Positions 43,366-53,706 of a stretch of 64,000 nt of DNA are shown here, piece by piece. The stretch is from Polyangiaceae bacterium (GTDB lineage: Bacteria > Myxococcota_A > Polyangia > Polyangiales > Polyangiaceae), in contig CBDCTZ010000013.1 of the NCBI GenBank assembly GCA_965222375.1, positions 288,001 to 352,000 of the forward strand, read 5' to 3'. Position numbers and translations under genes: made by a program. The stretch's first letter is position 1. Each line of letters starts with the position of its first letter. The notes under the pieces were generated by a model, which was given only the letters and a program-made list of their open reading frames with translations, was not told where the DNA came from and made no database searches.

Positions 43366-46300
43366 TCACGTGGCGGCTTGCGGATTACGCAAGCGCCACA
43401 TGAGGGTGAAAAAGCTGGGCACCACGTAGATCACCAAGAACATCGAAACAGCCAGCCCTCCCAAGACCACCGCACCAATACCTCGGTACAACTCCGACCC
43501 AGCGCCGCTCAAAAGCACCATAGGCGTCAGCCCCGCGAGGACGTCAACGTACTCATGAAGATCGGTCGCACACGGCGCCGCACTGCATTGGAAACCGAGC
43601 TATCGAGGGATTCGCCCGCCCGCAGTCGCGACAAAGCGCCGTCCACGATCAGGATCGCGTTGTTGACGACGACACCCATGAGAATCAGGAAACCAAGCGC
43701 GGTCATCAGGTCGAGGGGCTGAGGGGCGAGCACCTTGTCCACGGCACGAAGCAGTACGACCCCTCCAGCCGTGGCGAGGGGGACGCTGATGAGCACGACC
43801 AAGGGAGCGAGGAAGTCCTCGAACAGGCTGGCCAAGAGCAAATAGGAAATCAGCAACGCGATCAGCAGAATCCACCCAAATTGCTTTTGTGCGGCAACGA
43901 GCTTGCCAGCCGAGCCCCCTAGTTCGACGTCCACGCCGGCGGGCAACTCACCGCTCTCGCGCATGCCCTGAACATGCCCCTCGACCTTCGCAATAGCTGT
44001 CTCGATAGGAACGTCGTCCGGTGGAGTCACTTGGAGCGTCACGGCACGCCGGCGCTCAATTCGCATCACCGCGGTGGGGCCAAGGGCCGTCTTGACGCTG
44101 GCAATCGCGCTCAAGGGCACAACTTGCCCGCCCGGGGCAACCACCGGGGCTGCGGCGAGCGTCGTTTCATCCGTGACCTCGGTAGATCCGTTCGCTCGCA
44201 GGATGACATCGACCTTGCGCTGCCCTTCCCTACCGTATTCGCCAATCAGCGCGCCATCGACGTAAGCATCTGCGACCAACGACACCTCTCGGGGCGTCAT
44301 CCCTAGAGCGGACGCCTTGGAGCGCTCCGGGTCGACTCGCAACTCTGGCGCCCCAAGATCCAGCACTGGTACAGGCCGCACCTGAGCGCCTGGAACGACC
44401 TTGCGCAGCTGGCCAAACATACGCCGGCCCGTCGTGATCAGCTCGGTCATATCACTGCCCGTGAGCTCGACCTTGACCGCCCGGCCCTCCCCCAGGCCCG
44501 AGGAAAACAGCGAGGCTTGAGTGACGAAACCGATGGATCCCGGGATCTTCGCGTGCAAGTTCCGCATGAACTTCTTCAGCTTGGGAACTTCCGCAGGATC
44601 CTTGGCAACGCCGCCGATGAAGAGACGGGAACCGTCGCCCACGAAGAAGCTACGGTGAACCACAGGGGCATCTCCGACTCTACGCCCGGTGTGCTTCATC
44701 ATCACGGCTTGATTCGCGTAGCCGGCTCGAATCAGCTCGTCGTTCGAAAGCCCCGGCGGCGGCAGCACGATGCCGAAGATCAAGTTTCGGTTGCCTGCGG
44801 GGAGGTACTCCATCTTTGGAAGCAAAGACGTGGCGATCAGTATCGATGTCAGCATCGTCCCCACCACCACACTGAGGGAGAGCCAACGACGACGGACCAG
44901 GGCGGCCACTTGACCGGTCACTGCGTCCCGCACTCGAGCACCCCACTGGGCGACGCGGGCGCCTATCCGCGTTGTTGCGCTCGCGCCGACGGAAAGCCAC
45001 CTCGCCGAGAGGCTCGGGATCACCAGAACCGAAACGAGCAAGGAGAGCACGACGCTGAAGGACATGGCGTAGGCGACGTCTCGCAATAGCTCTCCGACCT
45101 CCCCAGTCCACGTGAGGATCGGGATGAAAACCGCAGCGGTGGTCGCCGTCGAGGCCAGAACCGCGCCCCAAACTTCGCGCACCCCGCCCAGCGCTGCCTC
45201 CGCCGCCGTGGCCGCAGTGCGACGACGCGTTTCTATGGCCTCGAGTACGACGATGGAGTTGTCGATGACCATGCCAACTGCGAACGTCACGCCCGCGAGG
45301 CTGACGACGTTCACGCTACGGCCGAGCAGTGACATGCCCAGCGCAGTTCCCAAAACACAAACAGGAATCGCGAGCGCAACCAAAGCGGATGCCCGCGCGC
45401 TACCCAAAAACAGCAGAAGCACGAGCACCGCCAAAACCCCGCCCAGGGCGAGGTTTTGTCTCACCTGAGCGAGGGAACTACGAATGTAGCCGCTCTGGTC
45501 GTCCACTACTTCGAAGCGGAGGCCCTCTGGAGCGAACTGCGTGCGGTCCAACTCCTTCACGACCCGCTTGAGCTCCTCCGTGACCTCGAGGACGTTGCTG
45601 CCCGCTTCCCGCAGCGGCAGGATGGCAATGGATTCTCGGTCGTCGCCGATCGCAAGGTGGGTCGCTCGACGGAGCCCGAACCCCACCTTGGCAATGTCCG
45701 ACAGCACGACGGGGGTCCCGTCGGCGCCGCTGCCAACGACCAACCGCGCGAAATCGTCGACCCGGTCCGGAGCGGCCATCGTTCGCACGAGGATGCGTCG
45801 CTTGCCGATGTCCAGCTCTCCCGCCGAGACGTTGTTGAGTTCCCGCCGCACCCGCTCAGCCACCTCGGGCACCGTCAGCTTGCGTGCGGCCAGGGCGGCG
45901 GTATCGAAATTGATGTGAACTTCCGTTTCACGCCCACCGCGCATGAAGTAGTTCGCCACGCCGGACACGCGTTCGATCCGGGGCACGATGTCCTCGACGA
46001 CCCAGGACTGATAGGCTGCGACGCTCTTGCCCTCGGGGTGGCGAACTAGCAGCACAGCAAGCGGTGGTCCCGAAGAACGAGCCGTCGAGACAACAGGTTC
46101 ATCCGCACTGGGGGGATAGGCTGGGACCTGACCAAGTTGGTTCGAAACCCGGACCAGAGCCTGATCGAGGTCAGTGCCCACCTCGAACTCGAGGGTCACA
46201 TCGCCGCGATTCGGACTGGCGGTGGCTTCCATCCGGACCAGGCCCTGCACACGCTTCAGCACCCGCTCCTGACGCTCGATGATTTCGCTCTCCACCTCTA

Positions 46301-46496
46301 GCGGAGACGCACCGGGCCACGTCGTGCGCACATTGATTGTCGGCGAGGTGATGTCGGGAGCAAGTTGAACCGGAAGGCCGAATAGGCTGAGTATTCCGAA
46401 CAGCGAGACGAGAACGACCATTGACGTGACCGTCACCGGCCGTCGAACTGCCGCCGCCAGGACTCCGGGCGTCGCCGGCGAACCGCCGGCGCTCAA
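43366..46496 (-). CDS. RND efflux permease (AcrB/AcrD/AcrF family) with a 1-nt frameshift near the C-terminus
   Basis: GMVIDNSIVVLE, GVVVNNAILIVD, RVRPIFMSTLT. The shifted frame continues LAGLTPMVL..GSELYRGIGAVVLGGL..YVVP to TGA at 43366. Confidence 0.9.
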
Positions 46497-47671
46497 GGTT
46501 TCGCTACTCCTGCCGAAGCTGCCGGTGCGGCAGAGCCCGCGGGGACTACCGGCTGCCCGGGACGCAACCGCTCATTGCCGCGCACTACGACTGCGTCAGA
46601 CTGGGCAAGGCCCTTGCCCTTGATCATCGCTTTCTCACCGGTCGACGCGAGGACCTGTACTGGAACCGACTTCGCCTTACCGTCCGCTATCTTCATTACC
46701 CGCACATCCGCTACACCGTAGACGAGGGCATCCCGCGGTACGACAAGACCTCCACGGATGGGCACCCGAAAGGAAACGTGCGCCGTATCTCCAGCTCGGA
46801 GCCAAGGCGCCGTTTCGGTCGTGCGCAAACGAACCAGGGCAGTCCGAGTCGCGGGCTCCAGAGCGTTGACTTGCCCCACGACCTCAGCCGTCGCGCTCTT
46901 CCCGTTCTTGTCGACGCGCGCTTCGACTTTCTCCAATTCGCCCGCACGATCGAGCAGCCCCGGTGGGACGCGTACAAAAACCTCCACCCGATTGTCCGTC
47001 ACCAAGGCCAGCGCCGCCTTGCCCGGCTCGAGCCAATCCCCCGGGTGGACGTTCCGACGCGCAATGACGCCGTCAAAGGGAGCGACAATGCGATGGCGCG
47101 CGAGGCGCTCGCGCATCACGGACAGGTTGGCTTCGCTGCCCTGCCGAACCGCGTCGACCACCTCGGCCTTGGACTTTTTGGACTCGACTTCCGTCTCGGA
47201 GACAACCGTTTCTTTGCCGAGTTTCTTGAAGCGCTCCGCCTCGCGTTTGGCTTGCTCGAGTTCGGCGGTGGCCTGGACCTTCGCGGCCTTGGCGCGACGA
47301 GATTCCGCCCGAACCAACCCGGCGTCCAGGATCAGAAGCACATCGCCGCGCTTGACCCGGTCTCCTTCCCGAACGAGGACACGCCTCACTCTGCCGGCTT
47401 CGCCACCGGTCAACTCGGCATCCGTCACTGCGCGCAGCTCCGCATAGTAGCGCTCCTCCACCAGGAGCGGACCAGCGGCGACGGGCGCGGTCACGACCGG
47501 CGCTGGGCGCTCTGCCGTCGGCGGAGTCTTGCTGCCAGTTCGCGGGCGCAGCCAGACAAAGGCGGCGGCAGCCAGCGCAGCCACGACCAGCAGCACCACG
47601 GCGAGAGACCGCGGCGCGGGCGTAGCTGCCCTCGGCTGGGGCTGAGGTTCCGAATCGCTTGCCAAGCCCAT
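46493..47671 (-). CDS. RND efflux periplasmic adaptor (MFP) subunit
   Basis: N-terminal TM, VREGDRVKRGDVL lipoyl-like motif, IVAPFDGVI, VVPRDAL. Confidence 0.9.
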   Translation of the reverse strand: MGLASDSEPQPQPRAATPAPRSLAVVLLVVAALAAAAFVWLRPRTGSKTPPTAERPAPVVTAPVAAGPLLVEERYYAELRAVTDAELTGGEAGRVRRVLVREGDRVKRGDVLLILDAGLVRAESRRAKAAKVQATAELEQAKREAERFKKLGKETVVSETEVESKKSKAEVVDAVRQGSEANLSVMRERLARHRIVAPFDGVIARRNVHPGDWLEPGKAALALVTDNRVEVFVRVPPGLLDRAGELEKVEARVDKNGKSATAEVVGQVNALEPATRTALVRLRTTETAPWLRAGDTAHVSFRVPIRGGLVVPRDALVYGVADVRVMKIADGKAKSVPVQVLASTGEKAMIKGKGLAQSDAVVVRGNERLRPGQPVVPAGSAAPAASAGVAKP

Positions 47672-47737
47672 ACATTTCGGGCCAAGCAAAGCGGCGTCAA
47701 GTCTCAATGATTGGGGTCCGCGCCCGAGCGCATGGAA

Positions 47738-48517
47738 TCACAGCTCCCGGACACTGACGTTGTCGAAATCCACGCGGCCGGGGTAGTGCGCCGACAGCCA
47801 GACCAGGATCCGCCGTGCCTTGTCAGGTGCCACAAGGTCGAAGGACAGCTGCTTCCAATCGAAATCGTTGTCGGCGGCCGAAACGGTTTTTGGGTTCTTC
47901 TCGCCACCAAAGAAGCCATCGCTGCCATCGAGCCACTGGACGCCGAGGACGAACCAAGCGGCTGGATTGACCGCATTGCCGGTGGAGCGGACTGACGCGC
48001 TGACGCGATAGGACTTGCCCCCAGTGATGGAATTGTAATCGCTGACTCGCTGGATCGCGTAGCAGTCCCACTGGCCCCGAGAATCCACGGCCAGGGCGCT
48101 GCCGCCACAGCCAGGCGCGGGAGAGGTCAGGAAGACGTGCTCGTTGGGAGATCCCGAACCAGCGCAGTTGCCCGGCGCGCCAGGATCACGCAGCTCCCAA
48201 CCCTTTGGCACGTTGCCGTCCATGCCCGCCTCGAAGTCTCCGTGGGCAAAGAAGTTTCCGAGGGCTGGGGCGCAAAGATCCGGAGGCTGCGGGGAATCCG
48301 CAGCCGAGTCGACGGGCGCTCCTCCGGAACCACCGCTGCTGCCACCGGTACCCCCAATGCCAGGATCGACGAGAGTATTGGCGTCGACCAAGCCCGTGCC
48401 CCCGCTGCCGCCGCCCGCTGGCGCGTTGTCCGCGACGTTATCGCTTTCGGAACAGCTCACGGCGCACGAGGCGGCTCCGAAGAGCGTCGCGGCCAAAATC
48501 AGATAGGTGCGTCTCAT
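47738..48517 (-). CDS. Lipoprotein with carbohydrate-binding-module-like (CBM4/9-like) domain
   Basis: Signal + Cys, Gly linker, GNFFAHGDFE...W, GKSYRVSASVR, DFDNVSV. Confidence 0.68.
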   Translation of the reverse strand: MRRTYLILAATLFGAASCAVSCSESDNVADNAPAGGGSGGTGLVDANTLVDPGIGGTGGSSGGSGGAPVDSAADSPQPPDLCAPALGNFFAHGDFEAGMDGNVPKGWELRDPGAPGNCAGSGSPNEHVFLTSPAPGCGGSALAVDSRGQWDCYAIQRVSDYNSITGGKSYRVSASVRSTGNAVNPAAWFVLGVQWLDGSDGFFGGEKNPKTVSAADNDFDWKQLSFDLVAPDKARRILVWLSAHYPGRVDFDNVSVREL

Positions 48518-48541
48518 GGCAAGTCCCGACTCGACAATAGC

Positions 48542-49492
48542 CTATGCGTCAGCCAGCCAGGGCTGCGATCGGTAGCGATCCCAGAGATCACACAACACCG
48601 TCACGATGGGGCGCTGAATTCGTCCAGACGCTGCGAGGCGCAGGGCTGCAGCAACGTTGGTGCCCGATGAACCGCCAACGAGCATGCCTTCCTCTGCGAT
48701 GAGCCTGCGCGCGACAGAGAAGCTTTCTTCGTCACTGACGCAGATAGCGTCATCAATGACGCGGCGGTGCAGATTCCGGGGCACGTCGCTGCCGCCGATA
48801 CCCTCGACGGCATAGGAGCCATCCTCCCCCAGGGCGCCGGCCTTTATCCATCCGAACAGGCGCGATCCGATTGGATCTGCCAGCACCACCTTCACACTCG
48901 CGTCGTGGCGCTTCAAACATGCGCCCACGCCGCTAATCGTGCCTCCGGTCCCAGCGCCCGCGACAAACGCCCCAACCTCTCCTTGCAGCTGTTGCCAGAT
49001 CTCTTCGCCAGTGCCTCGCTCGTGCGCCGCCACGTTCGCTGGGTTCTCGAACTGCTCCGTCAAGAACCAACCACGCTCAACGGCGAGTGCTCTCGCGGCG
49101 TTGCGAAAGTTCTGCGGAGAATCCGGCGGCGCATTGTCGACGATGATCACTTCGGCCCCGAGGGATGCGAGCGCCGCGCGCTTGTCGACGGACATCTTCT
49201 CCGGCATGACACATACCAGTCGATAGCCGCGCACGGCCGCAACTAGTGCGAGCCCCATGCCGGTATTGCCAGCAGTAGCCTCGACGAGGGTGGCACCGGA
49301 TTGAAGCACGCCTCGCTTCTCCGCGTCGTCGATGATGGAAAGCGCAATACGGTCTTTGACGCTGCCACCCGGGTTGAGATGTTCACATTTGGCGTAGATG
49401 GGCACGGGAAGCCCGCGGTCGAGGCGTGCCAACCGCACCAGTGGAGTGTCGCCGATCGTCTCGAGCACGCTCTGCTTCGGGCGCTCAGACAT
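48542..49492 (-). CDS. Cysteine synthase / cystathionine beta-synthase family PLP enzyme
   Basis: IGDTPLV, NPGGSVKDR, EATAGNTG, GAGTGGT, VEGIG, GGSSG. Confidence 0.92.
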   Translation of the reverse strand: MSERPKQSVLETIGDTPLVRLARLDRGLPVPIYAKCEHLNPGGSVKDRIALSIIDDAEKRGVLQSGATLVEATAGNTGMGLALVAAVRGYRLVCVMPEKMSVDKRAALASLGAEVIIVDNAPPDSPQNFRNAARALAVERGWFLTEQFENPANVAAHERGTGEEIWQQLQGEVGAFVAGAGTGGTISGVGACLKRHDASVKVVLADPIGSRLFGWIKAGALGEDGSYAVEGIGGSDVPRNLHRRVIDDAICVSDEESFSVARRLIAEEGMLVGGSSGTNVAAALRLAASGRIQRPIVTVLCDLWDRYRSQPWLADA

Positions 49493-51116
49493 CCGCGCCT
49501 TGCATGAACTGAATCAGCGAACTCACGGATAGCGGACTGCCAGTCGTGGCAATGAGCTTCTCGCGCAAAGTCCAGCGCATGCCATCCCGGACGAACTTGC
49601 TCCTCAGGTGGTCACCGGCCTTCACCGACAGCACGTTCCCAAGATTTCGACGCAACGCCGCTCGCACCTGCAGCGCAACCACCGAAGCGAGTATGTAGCT
49701 CTGGCTGTACGCAGGGTAGTTCGCCAGGAAGGGCGACGTTGCCCACGTCGGCTCCGCGTCCGACGGCAGGCCGCCCCACAGCCTCCTTTCGACCGCCAAA
49801 GACATCACGTCCAGGTCGCCCTCGGGGTGTTCGTGCAAGCTGCGTTCGATTTCCATCCAGGCAAGCCCGCGGCGAATTCCCAAGGCCAGGCGGGCGCGAC
49901 GCGCCTCCACGGTACGCGCGGCTTCACTCTCCGAGTAGCCGGCAAACTCCATCAAAACGAACGGCAGGTCCAAAAGTCGACCCAAGGTTTCCCCTACCCC
50001 CTCGGCATAGGCCGGCTCGAGCAAACCCGGCACCCACTCGTAGCCCGCATAAAGTGGATGCAGCGGGCGGCTATCCGAGACGTGAAATACGTGACCGAGC
50101 TCGTGGAGGTTCGTACCAAGGGCACGGAGGCCCGGTGCGGCGCGGACGACGAGGCGGACGTCGTCGGGCACGCTTACGGCAATGGTCTGGCCGCCAAAAC
50201 CGAAGTCCCGCTCCGTCACATTCATGCCCTGCTCGAAGTGCACTCCAAGGCGCTCGAGGATCTGGCGAGCGATGATGTGATTGCGCGCTTCCGGGAGGCG
50301 TTCGTGGGGAGGAAGCTCGAACAACGTCTGCTGCACGAAGTTCAAATCCCAGGGGCGCAGAGGGCTCTGAAGCTCGCGCCGGGCTCGTTTTCTCAGGGCA
50401 TCAAACGGGACCCGAGTTCCAAGATCCAACTCTCGCAGCGCGACCTCGGCGGTCTGATCGACCCCACGCAGGCGTCGCAGCGCGGCGTAGAACGATTCTT
50501 CGCCAATCAGCGCGGCAACCTTCTTTCGTCGCAAGAGCAGCTTCTTCGCGATTGGTGCGGCTCGAAGGTGAAGCTGATGCTCCACCCGCCGCACGTTGCG
50601 CCGCTCTTCCGCGCGCTGTGAACGTCGCCAGGCCGTAAGCTGTTTTCGGGACACCCGTTGCCCCTGCCAGGGGATCTCACCCACGCTGACGACAGCCTCG
50701 AGCTCGTCAGCCAGCGCGGCGGCCTCTGGGTCCCCGAGCAATTCGAGCCCGCGGTGGCCAGCCAGCCACAAGGACCGCTGCCGGGGGGAAACGGCCTGAG
50801 GCATCCCGTCCTGCAGCATGACGCTGGCCCTACGAAACACGTCTCGCTCGGCCTGGCGGAGGCGTTTGATCGTAGCTTGAGATTGCGGCCCCTCCGTTAG
50901 CTTGCCCGCATAGCGGGACCACTCGAAAAGCCCATGCTCAGCCATGAGCGCCTCGTAGCGACGGGCCAACTCGTCCAACTGCTCTCGCCTCCGGTCGGGC
51001 GGCCGAGTGGCAGCGACCCCCCGCTGAGCGGCGCAGCCCGCACCCAATAGGGAGGCTGCGCCTAGGGCCAAGACACTTCGACGGGAGACGCTGATCTTCT
51101 CAGCGGGCTTTTTCAT
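49485..51116 (-). CDS. Tat-exported lipoprotein zinc metallopeptidase (M2/M3/M32-like gluzincin)
   Basis: SRRSVL twin-Arg, LGAGC lipobox, HELGH zinc motif, downstream AEGVGE, YSQSY. Confidence 0.72.
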   Translation of the reverse strand: MKKPAEKISVSRRSVLALGAASLLGAGCAAQRGVAATRPPDRRREQLDELARRYEALMAEHGLFEWSRYAGKLTEGPQSQATIKRLRQAERDVFRRASVMLQDGMPQAVSPRQRSLWLAGHRGLELLGDPEAAALADELEAVVSVGEIPWQGQRVSRKQLTAWRRSQRAEERRNVRRVEHQLHLRAAPIAKKLLLRRKKVAALIGEESFYAALRRLRGVDQTAEVALRELDLGTRVPFDALRKRARRELQSPLRPWDLNFVQQTLFELPPHERLPEARNHIIARQILERLGVHFEQGMNVTERDFGFGGQTIAVSVPDDVRLVVRAAPGLRALGTNLHELGHVFHVSDSRPLHPLYAGYEWVPGLLEPAYAEGVGETLGRLLDLPFVLMEFAGYSESEAARTVEARRARLALGIRRGLAWMEIERSLHEHPEGDLDVMSLAVERRLWGGLPSDAEPTWATSPFLANYPAYSQSYILASVVALQVRAALRRNLGNVLSVKAGDHLRSKFVRDGMRWTLREKLIATTGSPLSVSSLIQFMQGADV

Positions 51117-51720
51117 ACAGCGCGTAAGTCGCCTCCAAGCTTGCCTGCGCCAAGATGTGACCCTTCATCTTCTCGCGGGCGTCAACACCGGTGAACTTCT
51201 CGGGCAAGCCCAAGCTCTCGACGTCGAGAGCAAATACCGTGAACTCGTAGTGGTGCAGACGCTCGTCGTTGAAAGGCGGCCAAGGGCCGTCGTACCCACC
51301 GTAGTCACCACCCATGTCCGGGTCATCGCCAAACCAGTCTTTGTAGCTGTTGATGCCGCGAACTCCGTAGTCCGTCTTACCCGGCGTCTTGCCCTTGGGC
51401 GTCACGCCGTCGGAATCCTGGCCCTCAGCAAGCTCGGTGACGTTCGTCGGAATGTCCACGAGCACCCAATGAAAGAAGTCCACCCGCGGCAGGTCGTAGG
51501 GGACCGTGCGGTCAGCTTTGTTCACGTCATCCGGGCGACTCGGAACATCTCGGTCGTGACAGATGATAGCGTAGCTCTTGACCCCGCTTGGCGCACCGAA
51601 CCACGCAATGTGTGGACTCTTGTTGGGACCAGGCACAGGACCTTCTTCACCGGGAATGCCCATCGCGTTCGCTGCCGCAACACGCTCGCCCGCTCGTATC
51701 GATCGACTTTCAACTTTCAT
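51100..51720 (-). CDS. YbhB/YbcL family Raf kinase inhibitor-like (PEBP) protein
   Basis: NKSPHIAW, ICHDRDVP, FFHWVLVDIP, YDGPWPP, HHYEFTVFALD. Confidence 0.92.
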   Translation of the reverse strand: MKVESRSIRAGERVAAANAMGIPGEEGPVPGPNKSPHIAWFGAPSGVKSYAIICHDRDVPSRPDDVNKADRTVPYDLPRVDFFHWVLVDIPTNVTELAEGQDSDGVTPKGKTPGKTDYGVRGINSYKDWFGDDPDMGGDYGGYDGPWPPFNDERLHHYEFTVFALDVESLGLPEKFTGVDAREKMKGHILAQASLEATYALYEKAR

Positions 51721-51923
51721 ATCTGAATCCCTCCGGGCGAGCACGATAGTGGCGAGAATATTGGGATCGCAACGCTCCGTTGAGCGTGGCCTGATGCCCA
51801 GCAAAACCCGCGGCGATTGCGCTGCAACCGACGAGCCCCTCGCAACGGTTGCGCGAAATAGGTGCCTCGGCCTGGGATTGCTCCGTTTTCGAGCGTGGCA
51901 CGCACTTCGCTTTGCAACGCGCC

Positions 51924-52703
51924 ATGCCCAACTTCGCGATGCCCGTAAAGCTCTACTACAGCCACCCAGTACGAAGCGTCTCGCCGGGGGCTTCCCTGGA
52001 GCGCGCGAAGGAGCTGCTAGAACTGCATCAGGTTTCTGCCCTGGCAGTTTCTGACGACGACACCCTCGTCGGCGTGATCACGAGGACGGACTTGCTGCGT
52101 GTGGGAAGGCGCCAAGCGGGCAGTCGTCACGGCGCGGACCTGCTCGTCCTGCCCAACAAGACCGTCGCCGACGCCATGACCATGGCCCCTTCAAGCGTCA
52201 GCCCGTCGGATTCGGTCGCTCATGCTTCCAAAACGATGCTGGAGGCCCGGGTTCACCGCGTGTTCGTGTGCGAGCACGGCCGCCTGGTCGGGGTGTTTTC
52301 GACCCGGGATGCCATGCGCGCCATCGCCGACAAGCGCGTCGCCGATCCCGTCGTCGATCACGCTTCCCGCAGCGTCTACAGCGTGCAGTTCGATGACCCG
52401 GTTTCCCTCGCCGCGGAGCGACTCGAGAAGGCTCATGTTTCCGGGCTCGTCGTAGTCGAAAATGATTGGCCGATCGGAATCTTTTCTCAGATCGAAGCCT
52501 TGGCGAGCAGAGACTTGCCCCGGGAAACTCGCGTCGAAGAGGTCTTGGACCCGGCAATGCTGTGCTTGGACATCAAAACGGCGCTGTTCCGGGCCGCTGC
52601 GCAAGCGAGCGCCATGGATGTGCAACGCATTTTGGTGATCGACAACCGCAAGTGCGTTGGCGTGTTGTCTGGGCTCGACATGGTTCGTGCCGCAGCGTCC
52701 TAA
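51924..52703 (+). CDS. Four-CBS-domain protein
   Basis: Repeated CBS motifs (LVGVITRTDL, LVGVFSTRDA, PIGIFSQ, VGVLSGLDM). Confidence 0.88.
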   Translation: MPNFAMPVKLYYSHPVRSVSPGASLERAKELLELHQVSALAVSDDDTLVGVITRTDLLRVGRRQAGSRHGADLLVLPNKTVADAMTMAPSSVSPSDSVAHASKTMLEARVHRVFVCEHGRLVGVFSTRDAMRAIADKRVADPVVDHASRSVYSVQFDDPVSLAAERLEKAHVSGLVVVENDWPIGIFSQIEALASRDLPRETRVEEVLDPAMLCLDIKTALFRAAAQASAMDVQRILVIDNRKCVGVLSGLDMVRAAAS

Positions 52704-52707
52704 TCGC

Positions 52708-53643
52708 TCACGGCGTGAGCTTGAAATCGAGCTTCACATTTTGATCGCCGACTTCTGCCGCAGCTTCGCGCACCACCTGACCTTGTTGCTGTAGCTGCAC
52801 GACGATGGCGCCGCTGTTGATCGCAAAGGGCACAGCATAACCCCCACTCTGCCCAGTGGTCGCGTAGAAATCGCCCGGCTCGCTCACGATATCGTAGCCG
52901 GCCACGCCCTCGCCGGCGTCGTAGGCTTCGTCACCATCGGCGTCCTGAAACACCACCCCAGTCAAGTAGCTGCGCTTTTTGTCCCCATAGCCAAAGTCGT
53001 TGGTAATGACCAACGGACCGTAATCAGGATGGATCCCGTCACCGACCACGCCGATGCCGATCTCGCGCTTCGAGTATTTGAGATCCAAAGCAATGATCCT
53101 ATGGCCCAGGGTGTCCACGCCCCAGTCAATCAAAAACGCGGCGTGGCAGTGCTCAGGGGACTTGGTACTCGCATACACGTTTTCGCCGGCGTAGTTGCTT
53201 TCGTACCCGGCCGCAGCCACGCGTTGTTTGGCGGTACTTCCGTTGGAGCCGCTGTGACCCTGGAAGCCCTGGGTGGCCATGTCCAAGGAGTGGCCACGCG
53301 CAGCGGCAATTAGCTTGTCGTTAAACACCAAAGGAGGGGAGGCTGGATAGGTCTTGAAGTCCTCGATCAGCTTGCTCGTATCGACTCCGTATTGCTTGAT
53401 CGCGATTTGAGCCGCCGGCAGGGACGCCAGCCACGGCCCTTCCGCCGCGGGGTTGGCGCGGGCCCGCTGTAAGAGCTCGAGAGACTCTTGCTCGAGAGGC
53501 GTTGGATCGCCGTGCACGTGCACGTTCGCGGGCTTGACGAAGGGATCCGGGCCGAGAGGGCCGCCACCTCCCCCTCCACCACCGGAAGATGAGCAACCGA
53601 AAGCCCCAATCACCAAGCTCGCAGCCAGCAGTTCAATTCGCAT
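52708..53643 (-). CDS. CAP (SCP) domain lipoprotein with C-terminal SdrD-B-like domain
   Basis: AFGC lipobox, RARANP, AARGHSLDM, GHSGSNG, GENV, GHR, EIGIG; DADGDEAYDAGEG. Confidence 0.85.
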   Translation of the reverse strand: MRIELLAASLVIGAFGCSSSGGGGGGGGPLGPDPFVKPANVHVHGDPTPLEQESLELLQRARANPAAEGPWLASLPAAQIAIKQYGVDTSKLIEDFKTYPASPPLVFNDKLIAAARGHSLDMATQGFQGHSGSNGSTAKQRVAAAGYESNYAGENVYASTKSPEHCHAAFLIDWGVDTLGHRIIALDLKYSKREIGIGVVGDGIHPDYGPLVITNDFGYGDKKRSYLTGVVFQDADGDEAYDAGEGVAGYDIVSEPGDFYATTGQSGGYAVPFAINSGAIVVQLQQQGQVVREAAAEVGDQNVKLDFKLTP

Positions 53644-53706
53644 AGGAGTGGCGGACTATAGCCGCGTTTCGGATCATGGCCAGGGTGTCCCGCCGGCCCC
53701 ACGCGT

